DNA from: Chamaesiphon sp.
Lineage (GTDB): Bacteria; Cyanobacteriota; Cyanobacteriia; Cyanobacteriales; Chamaesiphonaceae
DNA length: 64,000 nt
Direction of reading: 5' to 3'
Assembly (NCBI GenBank): GCA_965246715.1
Contig: CBDFFH010000029.1
Span: forward strand, 1 to 64,000
Shown here one piece after another: positions 50,792-61,935 of the stretch. The position numbers and the translations under genes were made by a program. The notes below the pieces were generated by a model that saw nothing but the letters and a program-made list of their open reading frames with translations, made no database searches and was not told the origin of the DNA. Within the stretch, counting starts at the first letter, position 1. Each line of letters begins with the position of its first letter.

Positions 50792-52234
50792 TTACTGAGT
50801 AGTAATCTTGACTGCAACTTTAGAATTGGTCAGACTTTTGATAATTTGGCTGTCAGTGGGATCGATCGCGATTTTGACTTCGACAGTCCGAGAATCGGTA
50901 TCCGCTGCTGGGTCGGTGCTGAGAACATCTTTCTTGCCGATTTGAAGACCGATCGAGCTGACAGTACCGCGTACTTTTTGGCCGAACGCCCCAGACTCGC
51001 TGGAAACGATCGCAGTTTGACCGACACGAACTTTCGCAATATCGCTCTCATAAATCTCAGCAACAGCAACCATTTGACTGGTTTGTCCCATTTCGACGAT
51101 CCCCGTACCATTCGCGGGGACTTCCCCCGCCCGCGTGCGGATTTTGAGGATCTCGCCAGCAACAGGAGCGCGGACATATGCTTGGGCTAATTCGGCTTGA
51201 GCCTGACGAGTGGCAGCTTGGGCGCGAGCGAGTTCGGCGCGGGCACCTTGGACATCGACCGTGCGTACTTCCGAAATCTTACTGAGGGTGGCTTTAGCTG
51301 CGGCGATTTGTTGGGCGGTGGTTGCGAGGGTTTTATCGTAGTTGGCTTTGGCTTCGGCGAGCTGTTGGACGGTGGTGGTTTCGAGGTTATTTTTCGTCGC
51401 CTGATTTTCGATAATCTGCTGATTGAGCGTAGCGATCGTTTGGTTGTATTTCGACTTAGCTTCAGCTAACTGTTGGCGGGCGGTTTCGACTTCTAAGCGT
51501 TTGGCATCGACTTTGGTAGCTTCGATCGCACTCTCAGCCGCCAGCTGTTGGTAGCGTTTGTAGTCTACTTCGGCATTCCGCAGTTGTGACTCGATCCGGC
51601 TGACTGTCGCAGCTTGAGTCGGTTTTTCGCCCGAAAGTTGAGCTTGAAGGGCTTGGATCTTCCCAGATTGGGCGGCAGGCTGCCATTTGAGTTGGGCGGT
51701 CAATCTAGCTTTGGTCGCGACATAAGTTGCTCCCTCCCCTCTAAGTTGGCTTTCGAGGCGGGAAATTTCAGCTTTTTGGGCGGCAATTTCGCCCTGCTTG
51801 GCTCCAGCTTTAATTTTGTCAAGATTGGCAGCCGCGACTTTGACATCTTCTTGCGCTTTGCTGACCCCTGCTTCTAGCCGTTGCCGATTATCGAGAATGG
51901 CGATCGGCTGTCCAGCTTTGACTTGCGCACCTTCTTTGACTAAGATCCGCTCGATCGTCGATGAACCCATCTGCGAGCTGGGGGCAGATACTTTGATGAC
52001 TTCGCCTAGCGGTTCCAATCGTCCCAGTGCCGTAACTGCCTTCGTATTTTCGGCTTTGGGTGTAACAGATTTGTTCTGCTCGGCTGCTGCTGGTAACTTT
52101 TGGGCAAATATACCCGAAAAATGCAATCCTGCGGGTAGGAGCAGAATTGCCACAGCTGAAGCACTAATTAGAATCCACTTGCCGGAAGGTGGGAGCTGCT
52201 TAACTCGATCGGCCACAAAATTATCTTCTGTCAT
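50792..52234 (-). CDS. devB: DevB-family membrane fusion protein
   Basis: VTALGRLEP, long coiled coil, VAEIYESDI, DPAADTDSRTVEVKI. Confidence 0.92.
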   Translation of the reverse strand: MTEDNFVADRVKQLPPSGKWILISASAVAILLLPAGLHFSGIFAQKLPAAAEQNKSVTPKAENTKAVTALGRLEPLGEVIKVSAPSSQMGSSTIERILVKEGAQVKAGQPIAILDNRQRLEAGVSKAQEDVKVAAANLDKIKAGAKQGEIAAQKAEISRLESQLRGEGATYVATKARLTAQLKWQPAAQSGKIQALQAQLSGEKPTQAATVSRIESQLRNAEVDYKRYQQLAAESAIEATKVDAKRLEVETARQQLAEAKSKYNQTIATLNQQIIENQATKNNLETTTVQQLAEAKANYDKTLATTAQQIAAAKATLSKISEVRTVDVQGARAELARAQAATRQAQAELAQAYVRAPVAGEILKIRTRAGEVPANGTGIVEMGQTSQMVAVAEIYESDIAKVRVGQTAIVSSESGAFGQKVRGTVSSIGLQIGKKDVLSTDPAADTDSRTVEVKIAIDPTDSQIIKSLTNSKVAVKITTQ

Positions 52235-52272
52235 TTTTTTGCGTTCTCGCTACTTGCCAGGGGAATATATTT

Positions 52273-52391
52273 ACCTACCCGTTGGTTAGTTTAGCCTAAA
52301 AATAAATTATATGTCAATTAAGTTACAATCCCTGAGGGCCATGCCATAATAGACTTAGAGATCGTAATATATACTTACCGTTTAGTTAAAT
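52273..52391. promoter_or_regulatory. Candidate TetR operators and devB promoter
   Basis: ACCTACCCGTTGGTTAGTT (52273) and ACTTACCGTTTAGTTAAAT (52373); TTGACA-18-TAAACT on the minus strand. Confidence 0.45.
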
Positions 52392-52416
52392 AAATTCTTG
52401 CCTCTCACTATATATA

Positions 52417-53061
52417 ATGCCCGTAATCAATAAACAAAAGGCTACTAAAGCGACATCTTTGACCCGTAATCCCGAAACAACGAAGAATCAAATTCTGGAT
52501 GCAGCGGAAGCAGAATTTGCAGTATCGGGATTGAGCGCAGCACGAACGGAAGCGATCGCCGCTCAAACCGGGGTCACTAAGGCGATGATCTACTATTACT
52601 TTCAAAGTAAAGAAGAATTATATCGATCGGTATTGGAGCGATGTTTTACCCAAGCCTTGGGGATGATGGAGCAACTGCAACTCGACTGCTTACCGCCAGA
52701 TGCAGCACTAGTCAGACTGCTCGAACAAGTACTCTGTTGTATGTCGGAAAATCCGCGCATCGGCGGTATTCTCTCCTTGGAAGCGATTCAAAATAAAGGG
52801 AAGTATTACCCCAAACAGATGGGAGATCTCCTCTACGGTACGATTATCAGAATTTTGGAACAGGGTATGGCAATCGGCGTATTCCGCCAACTCGATCCTC
52901 GACATACCGCTGTCAATATTGTCGGTACTTGCGCTTTTTACTTCAACGCTCAAGAAAATCTCAAATATCTGTGGCCGGGTAAACGGACATTAGGCAAAGA
53001 GCAACTCCATCAACATGCCCAAGAGTCGATCGATCTGATTATGGCAGGGGTTAGAAGTTAG
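52417..53061 (+). CDS. TetR/AcrR family transcriptional regulator
   Basis: ILDAAEAEFAVSG..IAAQTGVTKAMIYYYFQSKEELY HTH; divergent from devB. Confidence 0.95.
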   Translation: MPVINKQKATKATSLTRNPETTKNQILDAAEAEFAVSGLSAARTEAIAAQTGVTKAMIYYYFQSKEELYRSVLERCFTQALGMMEQLQLDCLPPDAALVRLLEQVLCCMSENPRIGGILSLEAIQNKGKYYPKQMGDLLYGTIIRILEQGMAIGVFRQLDPRHTAVNIVGTCAFYFNAQENLKYLWPGKRTLGKEQLHQHAQESIDLIMAGVRS

Positions 53062-53085
53062 CGAATACTCACCGCGATAATCCGT

Positions 53086-53130
53086 GGGTACCCACAAGGG
53101 GCACCCCTACAGGTTAATTGTGTGGGGGTA
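53086..53130. repeat. REP-like copy
   Basis: GGGTACCCACAAGGGGCACCCCTAC followed by AGGTTAATTGT and GTGGGGG. Confidence 0.85.
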
Positions 53131-53224
53131 CACTCAGATCTATGCTTTTACTAATGGTGTTGTACTGGTGCAAGATTTGAGAATAGGAAATAATAATGCA
53201 AATAACAAATAACTAGTAACTCTG

Positions 53225-53680
53225 ATGAGTGTATTTTTTGACTTTGAAGCTGATTTTGTTGAGTCGTTGCGGTGCATTCCGATGGCGGTGCGGCTGAAGT
53301 TGGATACCTGTGGTGTCAAGGTAAAACTGGCAGAATGGAGCCACTTTACGAAACAAGAATGCGATCGATTGGTCGAGTTGCCATGTACCGAAACCGCCGA
53401 AATTGCTGCCTACCGAGATTATCTCGATCGAATAATTTTGGCGCAGACAGGGCACAAACCAACCTTGCTCGCGATCGATCCCGCACCACCTTGGGCAGAA
53501 GATCGGCAGATTCCCCCCAGCATTTTAGCTAAAGCAAGTGAGGATGGGGTGGAAATAACCTTAGCGCAATGGCAGAGTCTGACACCACTGCAAAGATTTG
53601 CTTTAATTAAGTTAACTCGATCGGCACATGAAAATCATAATTTTCTGCCTGCGATGAAAGAGTTTGGTTTACTAGTCTAA
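53225..53680 (+). CDS. narM: Nitrate reductase associated protein (NarM-like)
   Basis: FDFEADFVESLRCIPMAVRLKLD...WQSLTPLQRFALIKLTR..HENHNF. Confidence 0.85.
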   Translation: MSVFFDFEADFVESLRCIPMAVRLKLDTCGVKVKLAEWSHFTKQECDRLVELPCTETAEIAAYRDYLDRIILAQTGHKPTLLAIDPAPPWAEDRQIPPSILAKASEDGVEITLAQWQSLTPLQRFALIKLTRSAHENHNFLPAMKEFGLLV

Positions 53681-53718
53681 TTGGTTGAATATTTCATCAC
53701 ATAAGATAGGATGACAGG

Positions 53719-54477
53719 ATGTTAAAATTTGGGTCGCGATCGCCAGAACTCGTCAATATCGATAGTAGTAACCTCGACGATAATGTCGTCGTCTCTGTCA
53801 GAGATCTCAACCACTACTTCGGCAAAGGCAATCTCAAAAAACAAGTACTATTTGACATTAACCTCGAAATCGGTAAAGGTGAAATCGTACTGATGACTGG
53901 GCCATCGGGTTCTGGTAAAACTACCCTCCTGACGCTATCAGGCGGATTGAGATCGCCCCAGGAGGGCAGTATGGAAGTACTGGGAGTCCAAATGGTCGGT
54001 GCGAGCAAGCGTCAAATTATCGAAGTGCGGCGCAACATCGGCTATATCTTCCAAGCTCACAACCTGCTCAAATCGCTTACCGCCCAGCAAAACGTCCAAA
54101 TGGCGGGACAACTCCACCCTCAGATGAGCAGTCGCGAAGTCAAAGAACGGGCGACAGAGATGCTCGATGCCGTCGGATTGAGCGATCGCAAGTCTTACTA
54201 CCCCGAAAACCTCTCCGGCGGGCAAAAACAGCGCGTTGCGATCGCACGGGCGCTGATGAGCCATCCCAAGCTAGTTCTAGCTGACGAACCTACCGCCGCG
54301 TTAGACGGCAAATCGGGACGGGAGATCGTGGAGATCATGCAGAAATTGGCGAAAGAGCAGGGTACGACTATTCTGATGGTGACTCACGATAACCGGATCT
54401 TGGATGTCGCCGATCGGATCGTACATCTCGAAGATGGTTGTTTGGCGAAAAATGATGTCCTGACTGTCAGCGAATAG
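53719..54477 (+). CDS. devA: DevA-family ABC ATP-binding protein
   Basis: LNHYFGKG, GPSGSGKTT, IGYIFQAHNL, LSGGQKQR, VTHDNRI. Confidence 0.92.
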   Translation: MLKFGSRSPELVNIDSSNLDDNVVVSVRDLNHYFGKGNLKKQVLFDINLEIGKGEIVLMTGPSGSGKTTLLTLSGGLRSPQEGSMEVLGVQMVGASKRQIIEVRRNIGYIFQAHNLLKSLTAQQNVQMAGQLHPQMSSREVKERATEMLDAVGLSDRKSYYPENLSGGQKQRVAIARALMSHPKLVLADEPTAALDGKSGREIVEIMQKLAKEQGTTILMVTHDNRILDVADRIVHLEDGCLAKNDVLTVSE

Positions 54478-54699
54478 CGATCGAGTAATGAGTATTTTTA
54501 GGGGTTTTGACGATCGATAGTTGGTGAATAGCGATACATTCATGGTACGGTAAGTACGCCAAAACACTCGCTCTGAACTACTGTAATTAAAGTTACCGTC
54601 GATCCCAATAAACTGAGTTATGATAGAGAATGTGACAAAAGTTGTTGTAAAACTCTTCGCCACAACAAAAATAAACTATTTTTTTGGCTTTGTGTTCAC

Positions 54700-54888
54700 A
54701 TGAGTATTTCTACACCTACGCCTACCAACGATCCCTCGATTTGGACTAGCCTCAAGCAAGCGATCGCTACTAGTTCTGGGTTTCAACACTGGGCAACCCA
54801 GTTATCTGCATTAGAACAATCCAATCTCGATCTCGACGAGCGCGTGCAACGCTATCTCCGCGAAACGCTAGAGACTTTGGCATATTAA
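54700..54888 (+). CDS. Small conserved cyanobacterial hypothetical protein
   Basis: WTSLKQAIATSSGF...YLRETLETLAY; followed by a hairpin at ~54897-54957. Confidence 0.75.
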   Translation: MSISTPTPTNDPSIWTSLKQAIATSSGFQHWATQLSALEQSNLDLDERVQRYLRETLETLAY

Positions 54889-55170
54889 ACGATCCTCCTA
54901 AATAGTAGAAATATTGCCTCCTCACTGTATATTTGTGAGGGGATATTTCTATTAGGGTTCTATTTACTAATCAAACTAGCGGAATGTGGGTATAGATAGT
55001 ATTACAATTGTCGATACTTGTCGATCGATCTTGCTGACAAGCAGCTTTGTTCAAAAGAGATCGCTAACTTCCATCCAGTCGATCTTGCCAGGAAGAGATC
55101 TATGAAATCGCCTATCGAACACTGCAATCTGAATGATACAAATCTGATTTTATTCCCGTAGACGTAAGCA

Positions 55171-55866
55171 ATGAGTATAGAATTAATCCAAACTATGCAA
55201 TGGACTCAACTCTGCTGGGAAGTTAGCTTTAAGAGCATTATAGATCTTGAGAATATCCTTCCCAAAATTGGGTATACTTACCCAATTAAAATCGATGAAA
55301 ATGAGGATTTTGCAAAGGAAGGAAAAACATTTTTATTGTGGCAGCCACCGCATTCAGAGCTAAATGGCTGGTACGACAAGAGACCTTCTGAGATACTCAA
55401 AAGCTACGTTTTGGATGGATTGATTAAAAACAAAAGAGCCAATGGATTGGAATTCGATTTTGAGGTAAACGATAGAATTAGGTTAATCGATCTTTGCAGT
55501 GTCGTTAACTTAGACAAGGAATCACCTTTGTCTTATAGCCGAAGCCAAAATGGAATTACTGCAATTCACTTGTCAAATGCCTATCACATTTTGAAGGCTA
55601 AAGTCGGAGATTATTGGTATTTACATTGTCGTGACAGCAATACATTGCTAGATATAATATTTTCATATATTGGGGATAGAATATGTATTCATTATTGTGC
55701 TACTTTACATGCCTACGCATGGAATAGCACAAAAGTAACTAAGTATTCCTTGAATGAGATCGAACAGCGTGAAATTATTACGCTGATTGAAAAAGCAACG
55801 GAAATATTTGAAGTAAACGAACACACATTACAAGAAAACCAGGTTTATGGAGCAGAGTACTGGTGA
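55171..55866 (+). CDS. Hypothetical protein, low GC
   Basis: 231-aa ORF with no recognisable motif. Confidence 0.65.
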   Translation: MSIELIQTMQWTQLCWEVSFKSIIDLENILPKIGYTYPIKIDENEDFAKEGKTFLLWQPPHSELNGWYDKRPSEILKSYVLDGLIKNKRANGLEFDFEVNDRIRLIDLCSVVNLDKESPLSYSRSQNGITAIHLSNAYHILKAKVGDYWYLHCRDSNTLLDIIFSYIGDRICIHYCATLHAYAWNSTKVTKYSLNEIEQREIITLIEKATEIFEVNEHTLQENQVYGAEYW

Positions 55867-55929
55867 TTTAACTATATAACAACATAACAACTAACAAACG
55901 AGTATGAGTGACTGGTATCGATATTCCGC

Positions 55930-56020
55930 ATAACTATTACCTTGTAGCGCATAAGTATTCAAGATATCCGCCTCGCTCGCCGCTGTCGTCAATACGACGA
56001 TCGGAATTCGCCGCATTTTG
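55930..56020 (-). pseudogene. Response-regulator receiver fragment (Rcp1-like)
   Basis: RRIPIVVLTTAASEADILNTYALQGNSY resembles receiver beta4-alpha4-beta5; the rest of the domain is missing. Confidence 0.55.
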
Positions 56021-56187
56021 ATAATTCCCCTGTTGTAGCAGAAAATCGAGCGCCTCGATGCCATTAGCAAGCACAATGACGCGACACTCGATCGCAATAG
56101 AACCCAGCACTTCCATGATGAGATTATTAGCGCGATCGAGATCGGCTTCGATTAATAAAATCGGTCTTTCTGAATTCGGTTCGCTCG

Positions 56188-57441
56188 TTATTGCAAGATC
56201 GTTTTGGAAACCATCCGAGTCTGCTTCTTATCGGCTTCTGAGAGATCGTCGCCGCCTTGGAGGATCGTCGCGTTGGCTTGCAGCACGGTAGCAGCGTTGG
56301 TATCGCCCATTTGCAGCGCGGTTTTGGCCGCAGTTTGGAGCAAGGTGGCTGCGCCCGTACGATCGCCTTGTTGGAGTCTTTGTTCGGCGAGTTGAGTTTG
56401 GCGATATTTAGCCAAGGCGAGCGTATGTTGTTGGACGTTGGGATCGATCGCGGGTTGGTGGTTGCGGATGACGTTGACGTTGACATCTACAGGTGGCGTG
56501 AGCAGATTAGTCTTGCTGCGAGCGGGATCGTCATAGCGAACTTGCAAAGTCGCGATCGGTTGTTCGCCTTCAGCGAGTTGCCCGATATAAGTATTGACGA
56601 GGATTACCCGCGAGAGATCCTTCATCAAGTCGCCCAAGCGGACGATATGGAGATGACCATCATCTTCGACGGCTAATTCGATCGTATCCGGAGCCACCTG
56701 AGCGACGGGTTTGAGTTCGGCGAGGCGGACTTTGGGTTTGAGTTCGATTTGCAGATATGCATTTGTCAAACCTACTGACTGCATCCGATTAAACAACCTA
56801 CCAAATTCAGTAACTGCTTGAGCTGCTTCCGCGATATATGCGAGCGTACCTGCGGCGGTATCGGCGATTTTTTCGAGCGTATTTTGATTCCAATGTTCGC
56901 CAAATCCCAAGGTATTTAGCGTAATGTTGCTCTCAGTGGCAAATTTAGCTAGCGCGATACAGCGATCGTTATCGCCATGTTCGTTTTCACCATCAGTCAG
57001 GATAAAGGCGTGAGAAACGCGATCTTGTTTGCCCTCGATCAGTTGCGTCATGCCTAATTTGATGCCAGCATCGATCGCGGTACCGCCAGCAGCTTGCAGT
57101 TTGTCGATTTTATTAAATATTTCGGTCGGATCGGTAACTTGTTGACTGGCGACGATGACTTCCGCCTGATGATCGAAAGCAACTACCGACAACCGATCTT
57201 CTGGTTTTAAGCTCTTGATTAATTCCTTCGCCGCTTGCTTGACAGTATTGAGCGGCGTACCTTTCATCGAGCCACTGTGGTCGAGAATCAAACACAAATT
57301 CAGTGGTAATTGGCGATCTTCGGGTTCGGCGAGGGCGGATACCGCGATCGAAAGCTGACGTTGATTGTTACCTTGACCAACATCTACTTGGGGGTCGCTG
57401 ATTACGGGTTCTAGAGCAACTTGCATCGGATTTAACTCCAC
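56188..57441 (-). CDS. vWA domain protein (YfbK-like)
   Basis: LNLCLILDHSGSM, GGTAI, LTDGENEHG. Confidence 0.9.
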   Translation of the reverse strand: MELNPMQVALEPVISDPQVDVGQGNNQRQLSIAVSALAEPEDRQLPLNLCLILDHSGSMKGTPLNTVKQAAKELIKSLKPEDRLSVVAFDHQAEVIVASQQVTDPTEIFNKIDKLQAAGGTAIDAGIKLGMTQLIEGKQDRVSHAFILTDGENEHGDNDRCIALAKFATESNITLNTLGFGEHWNQNTLEKIADTAAGTLAYIAEAAQAVTEFGRLFNRMQSVGLTNAYLQIELKPKVRLAELKPVAQVAPDTIELAVEDDGHLHIVRLGDLMKDLSRVILVNTYIGQLAEGEQPIATLQVRYDDPARSKTNLLTPPVDVNVNVIRNHQPAIDPNVQQHTLALAKYRQTQLAEQRLQQGDRTGAATLLQTAAKTALQMGDTNAATVLQANATILQGGDDLSEADKKQTRMVSKTILQ

Positions 57442-57726
57442 ATCTGTCTTAATTTACTATCGTACCGCGATTGTCGAAAAACAACACGCACCAATTCTTC
57501 AATTTCCCAGCTCGATCGATCGGAACTTTAGCTCAATACTTAACATTAGAACTCTCACACAAATATTCGACTTGGGAGGGGTTAGGGATTAGGAATTGGA
57601 ATTAGCGCTGAAATTCCAAATCTTATCTTCCTACGCTCCATGCCTGCTTGCTAACCACACTTTATTGTCAACGATGTCAGAATATTTATAGATACTTTCC
57701 AACTGAAAAATACGGAGTCATTATCG

Positions 57727-58764
57727 ATGAGTACATACACGCAGGAGTTACAGACTACAGCCAAGGCTTTAGTCACGCAGGGAAAAGGCATTCTGGCAAT
57801 GGACGAAAGTAACAGCACTTGCCAGAAGCGATTTGAGAAGGTGGGTATCGCCCCGACAGTAACTAACCGTCGCGATTACCGCGAACTGATTTTAACTACG
57901 CCAAAATTAAGTAACTATATCAGCGGAGCGATCTTATTTGATGAAACGATCCATCAAACTAGCTCCACAGGCGAATCATTTGTCAGTATCATGCAAAAAT
58001 CGGGGATAATCCCTGGGATTAAAGTCGATGGCGGTACCAAGCCACTAGCCGGACATCCCTACGAACTCGTCACCGAGGGTTTAGATGGTTTGACCGATCG
58101 GGTACAAGAATATTACAAAATCGGCGCACGGTTTGCCAAATGGCGGGCCGTAATTACCATCGGGGCAGAGATCCCCTCTCAGGCTTGTATCGAAGCAAAT
58201 GCCCATGCCTTGGCGCGATATGCAGCGATCTGTCAGGAAAATGGGCTAGTCCCGATTGTCGAGCCGGAAGTCTTAATCGATGGCGAGCATACCCTCGCGC
58301 GCTGTCGGGAAGTGACAGCAGCCACGCTCAAAGAAGTTTTCAAACAACTGACTACTCAGGGTGTAGAATTCGATCGAATGCTGCTCAAACCCAGCATGGT
58401 CCTCGCGGGAGTGTCAGCCGAGTTGCAATCGCCAGTGAATGAGGTCGCGACAGCCACGATCGAGACTTTAATGGAGCAAGTGCCACCAACTGTCGCCGGA
58501 ATTGCGTTCTTGTCTGGCGGTCAAACGGACATCCAAGCCGCCGCTCACCTGAATGCGATGCACGTCATGTACCCGCAAACGCCTTGGCCTGTTACCTTCT
58601 CCTATGCGCGGGCGATTCAGCAAGCGGCATTAGAAAAATGGCGTGGTGAGAGTGCCAATGTCGCTGAGGCTCAACAGATTCTCGTACATCGGGCTGCTTG
58701 CAATAGTGCCGCTAGCACTGGTAGCTATACTCCTGAAATGGAGAAACAATTGGTATTAGTTTAG
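57727..58764 (+). CDS. Class I fructose-bisphosphate aldolase
   Basis: GKGILAMDES, GIKVD, FAKWR, VPIVEPE, LLKP, FLSGGQ, TFSYARA. Confidence 0.96.
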   Translation: MSTYTQELQTTAKALVTQGKGILAMDESNSTCQKRFEKVGIAPTVTNRRDYRELILTTPKLSNYISGAILFDETIHQTSSTGESFVSIMQKSGIIPGIKVDGGTKPLAGHPYELVTEGLDGLTDRVQEYYKIGARFAKWRAVITIGAEIPSQACIEANAHALARYAAICQENGLVPIVEPEVLIDGEHTLARCREVTAATLKEVFKQLTTQGVEFDRMLLKPSMVLAGVSAELQSPVNEVATATIETLMEQVPPTVAGIAFLSGGQTDIQAAAHLNAMHVMYPQTPWPVTFSYARAIQQAALEKWRGESANVAEAQQILVHRAACNSAASTGSYTPEMEKQLVLV

Positions 58765-59004
58765 GATCGCTGCCGCTTTACTGTTGGGGTGCTTATTATC
58801 GACTAGATGTTAAATCTCAAGGATCTCCTGAGGTGAGTCAACGTTTACAATCGCTAAGAGCGAACAAAAAGTTACAAGTGTCAGTCTTTTTGTGAATGAT
58901 GGAGTCTCGATCCGATCGACTTCGGAACCAGCAGAGATCGACCGAAGATCGCAGTACAATCATACTTAGCGATCGATGTCGATAGATAAATAATCAGTGG
59001 AGAT

Positions 59005-61860
59005 ATGTTCAAAATAAGAGATTTTTGGGTGATGTGGCGACGGTATCGATTTGGGATGTTGTTCTTTAGTGTCTGCTTGAGTGCGGTATTGACATCGCCA
59101 CTGACGGTGATGTCGCCGCAGCCAGCGGTTGCAGTTGCAGCAGAATCGATCGTCGGCAACAATGAGATTGCCAAGCAACCGCCAGCAAAACCCACCAAAA
59201 CCCCGACAGTACCTAAAAACAGTCCAGTTGCTCCACCGATTACCTTAACGGATAAAGTCAAAAAGACCGTTCTAGACAATGGGTTGACCATTTTAACCAA
59301 AGAAGTCCATAGCGCTCCGGTCGTCACAGTCCAAGTCTGGTATAAAATTGGTTCCCGGAATGAAGCTCCTGGGGTGAATGGCATCGCGCACCAACTAGAG
59401 CACATGTTATTTAAAGGCACCAAAGACCGTCCCGTACAGTTCGGACGGTTGTTTGCGGCGTTAGGTAGTAGTTTTAATGCCTTTACCAGCTACGATCAAA
59501 CCGCTTATTTTGGGACGGTTGAGAAAAATAAACTCACTAGTTTATTGACATTAGAAGCCGATCGGATGCAAAATGCGACGATCGATACTGAGAAACTCAC
59601 TGGCGAAAAGCGAGTTGTAATTTCGGAGTTACAAGGGTATGAAAATAATCCCAGCTATCGCCTCAATCGTGCCGTGCAACGTGCTGCGTTTCCAAATAGC
59701 CCCTACGGGTTGACTGTTGGTGGCACCAAAGCCGATGTCGAGAAATTTACCACCGAACAGGTGCGCTCTTATTACGATGCTTATTACGCGCCGAATAACG
59801 CTACCTTAGTCGTCGTGGGCGATTTCGATACAGCAACGCTGATGGCTAAAGTTAAAGAGACATTTGGCAAAGTACCGCGTCGTGATGTCAAAGTGGCGAA
59901 ACCCGCCACAACCGCAGTAATCCCACCCAAGCGCCGACTTACGCTCAAAGAACCGGGTACTACTAAAATCGCGATCGCGATTTATCCCTTACCCGAAGCG
60001 AACAATCCTGACGTACCCGCGATCGATGTGATGAATTATGTCCTCACCGAAGGCCGTAGCTCGCGGATGTATCAATCGATCGTCGAAACCGGACTCGCTA
60101 CGGGTCTCGATGGTGGTGCGGCAAATCTCGCGGCTGGCGGCTGGTATGAGATTACTGGGATCGTCGAACCGAGTAAATCGCTCCCGAAATTAGAAGCAGC
60201 GATCGATAAAGATATTAAACTCCTCCAAGCTAAAGGAGCAGCCCCTGCGGAAATCGCGCGTGCCAAAGCGCAACTCAAATCGAGTTATTTATTGAGCAAC
60301 CGCTCGATCGACAATCAAGCCAGACAATTAGGTAACGACCAGACCACCACAGGTGACTATCAATTTACCGATAAATATCTTGCTGGAGTCGAACGCGTCA
60401 CTGCGGCTGATGTCCAACGAGTAGCTAAGAAATATCTCCAAGATAATCTCAAAAGTATCGGTTATTTCGAGCCGACCACGATTACAGGTAAAGCAGCCCC
60501 TGCCGAGAATATTAAGCAAACCACTGAGAATTTAAGCCCAGGTGCCCCGCTAGATGCAGCGGAAATCGCTAAATATCTCCCCCCACTCGACCCCGACACC
60601 ACCAGTCAGCAGCAGATCTTGCCCCAAGAAGTGAAGCTGGCGAATGGGCTGCGGGTGTTTTTACTCCCCGATTCGAGTACGCCTACGATTACCTTGAGTG
60701 GGAGCATTCAAGCCGGAGCTGAATACGACACGATTCCCAAAGCTGGTGCAGCTAGCTTAACCGCTGCCAATCTGATGAGTGGGACTAAAACTAAATCCTC
60801 ACTCGATCTAGCTAAAACACTAGAAAGTCGCGGTGCGTCATTGGCATTTGGAGCCAGTCGTGAAGGGGTAAGTATCGGCGGTAGTTCCCTATCCAAGGAT
60901 TTACCGACACTGATGCAGACATTAGCTGATGTCCTCCAAAATGCAAACTTCCCCCAACAGAAATTTGAACTCAGTCGCCAACGCGCGCTAGTATCATTAA
61001 AACTCGAACTCGACAATCCCAATAGTTTGGCGCGGCGGAAATTTCAACAGACGATTTATCCTAAAGATCATCCGTTTACGATCTTCCCCACTTCCGAGAC
61101 TCTGAGCGGTTTGAGTGCGGCCGATCTGAAAACCTTTTACGCTGGGCACTATTTACCGAGTAATACCATCCTCGCGATCGTCGGTGACTTCAAAGTTGCT
61201 GAGGTCAAAGCCTTGCTCGAACAGAATTTGGGTAAATGGTCTACGACAGCTACCGCAGTCAAACTCGACTATCCTACCGCCCAACTACCCGCAAAACAGG
61301 TACTGGTAAATCCCCCACTCCCAGGTAAAACGCAATCGATTACGTTGATGGGGAATAAAGCGATCGATCGCAAAGATCCGCGCTACTATTCAGCCTTGGT
61401 TCTCAATCAGATCCTCGGTGGCGACACGCTCTCAAGCCGTCTCGGTACCGAAATCCGCGATCGTCAGGGGTTAACCTATGGTATCTATAGTAGTTTTGCC
61501 GCTGGCAAACGGCAGGGCACCTTTGTGATCTCGATGCAAACCGCACCAGATGATGCCCAGAAAGCGATTCAAAGTACTACTGCTTTATTGAAGGATCTGC
61601 AAACTAAAGGTGTCACCGCCGCAGAAGTTGCCAACTCTAAGCGCAGTATTGCCAGTAGCTACACTGTCGATCTCGCCTCCCCCGACGAAATCGCTGGCGC
61701 GACACTCGGCAATGCCGTCTACGGTTTAAATCCTAACGAAATTGTTGAATTTCCAAAGAAAATCAAAGCGGTAACGTTAGAGCAAGTCAACCAAGTCGCG
61801 AAGGAATTAATTTCACCCGATCGATTTGTCGTAATTACCGCAGGGCCACCTCAGAAATAA
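59005..61860 (+). CDS. M16 family (pitrilysin-like) zinc peptidase, exported
   Basis: HQLEH inverted zinc motif; four M16 domains; signal peptide (exact start uncertain). Confidence 0.93.
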   Translation: MFKIRDFWVMWRRYRFGMLFFSVCLSAVLTSPLTVMSPQPAVAVAAESIVGNNEIAKQPPAKPTKTPTVPKNSPVAPPITLTDKVKKTVLDNGLTILTKEVHSAPVVTVQVWYKIGSRNEAPGVNGIAHQLEHMLFKGTKDRPVQFGRLFAALGSSFNAFTSYDQTAYFGTVEKNKLTSLLTLEADRMQNATIDTEKLTGEKRVVISELQGYENNPSYRLNRAVQRAAFPNSPYGLTVGGTKADVEKFTTEQVRSYYDAYYAPNNATLVVVGDFDTATLMAKVKETFGKVPRRDVKVAKPATTAVIPPKRRLTLKEPGTTKIAIAIYPLPEANNPDVPAIDVMNYVLTEGRSSRMYQSIVETGLATGLDGGAANLAAGGWYEITGIVEPSKSLPKLEAAIDKDIKLLQAKGAAPAEIARAKAQLKSSYLLSNRSIDNQARQLGNDQTTTGDYQFTDKYLAGVERVTAADVQRVAKKYLQDNLKSIGYFEPTTITGKAAPAENIKQTTENLSPGAPLDAAEIAKYLPPLDPDTTSQQQILPQEVKLANGLRVFLLPDSSTPTITLSGSIQAGAEYDTIPKAGAASLTAANLMSGTKTKSSLDLAKTLESRGASLAFGASREGVSIGGSSLSKDLPTLMQTLADVLQNANFPQQKFELSRQRALVSLKLELDNPNSLARRKFQQTIYPKDHPFTIFPTSETLSGLSAADLKTFYAGHYLPSNTILAIVGDFKVAEVKALLEQNLGKWSTTATAVKLDYPTAQLPAKQVLVNPPLPGKTQSITLMGNKAIDRKDPRYYSALVLNQILGGDTLSSRLGTEIRDRQGLTYGIYSSFAAGKRQGTFVISMQTAPDDAQKAIQSTTALLKDLQTKGVTAAEVANSKRSIASSYTVDLASPDEIAGATLGNAVYGLNPNEIVEFPKKIKAVTLEQVNQVAKELISPDRFVVITAGPPQK

Positions 61861-61935
61861 TTGTTACAGCATAGGTGGTCAGTGCCCATTTTGCCAAACT
61901 CTTTGGGTTATGGTCGATCTGTTGGGGACGGTTCC

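Noticed and set aside
16933..53110. Identical 25-nt repeats as a possible CRISPR array
   Set aside because: The four copies are kilobases apart, with no regular spacers and no cas genes; they are REP-like.
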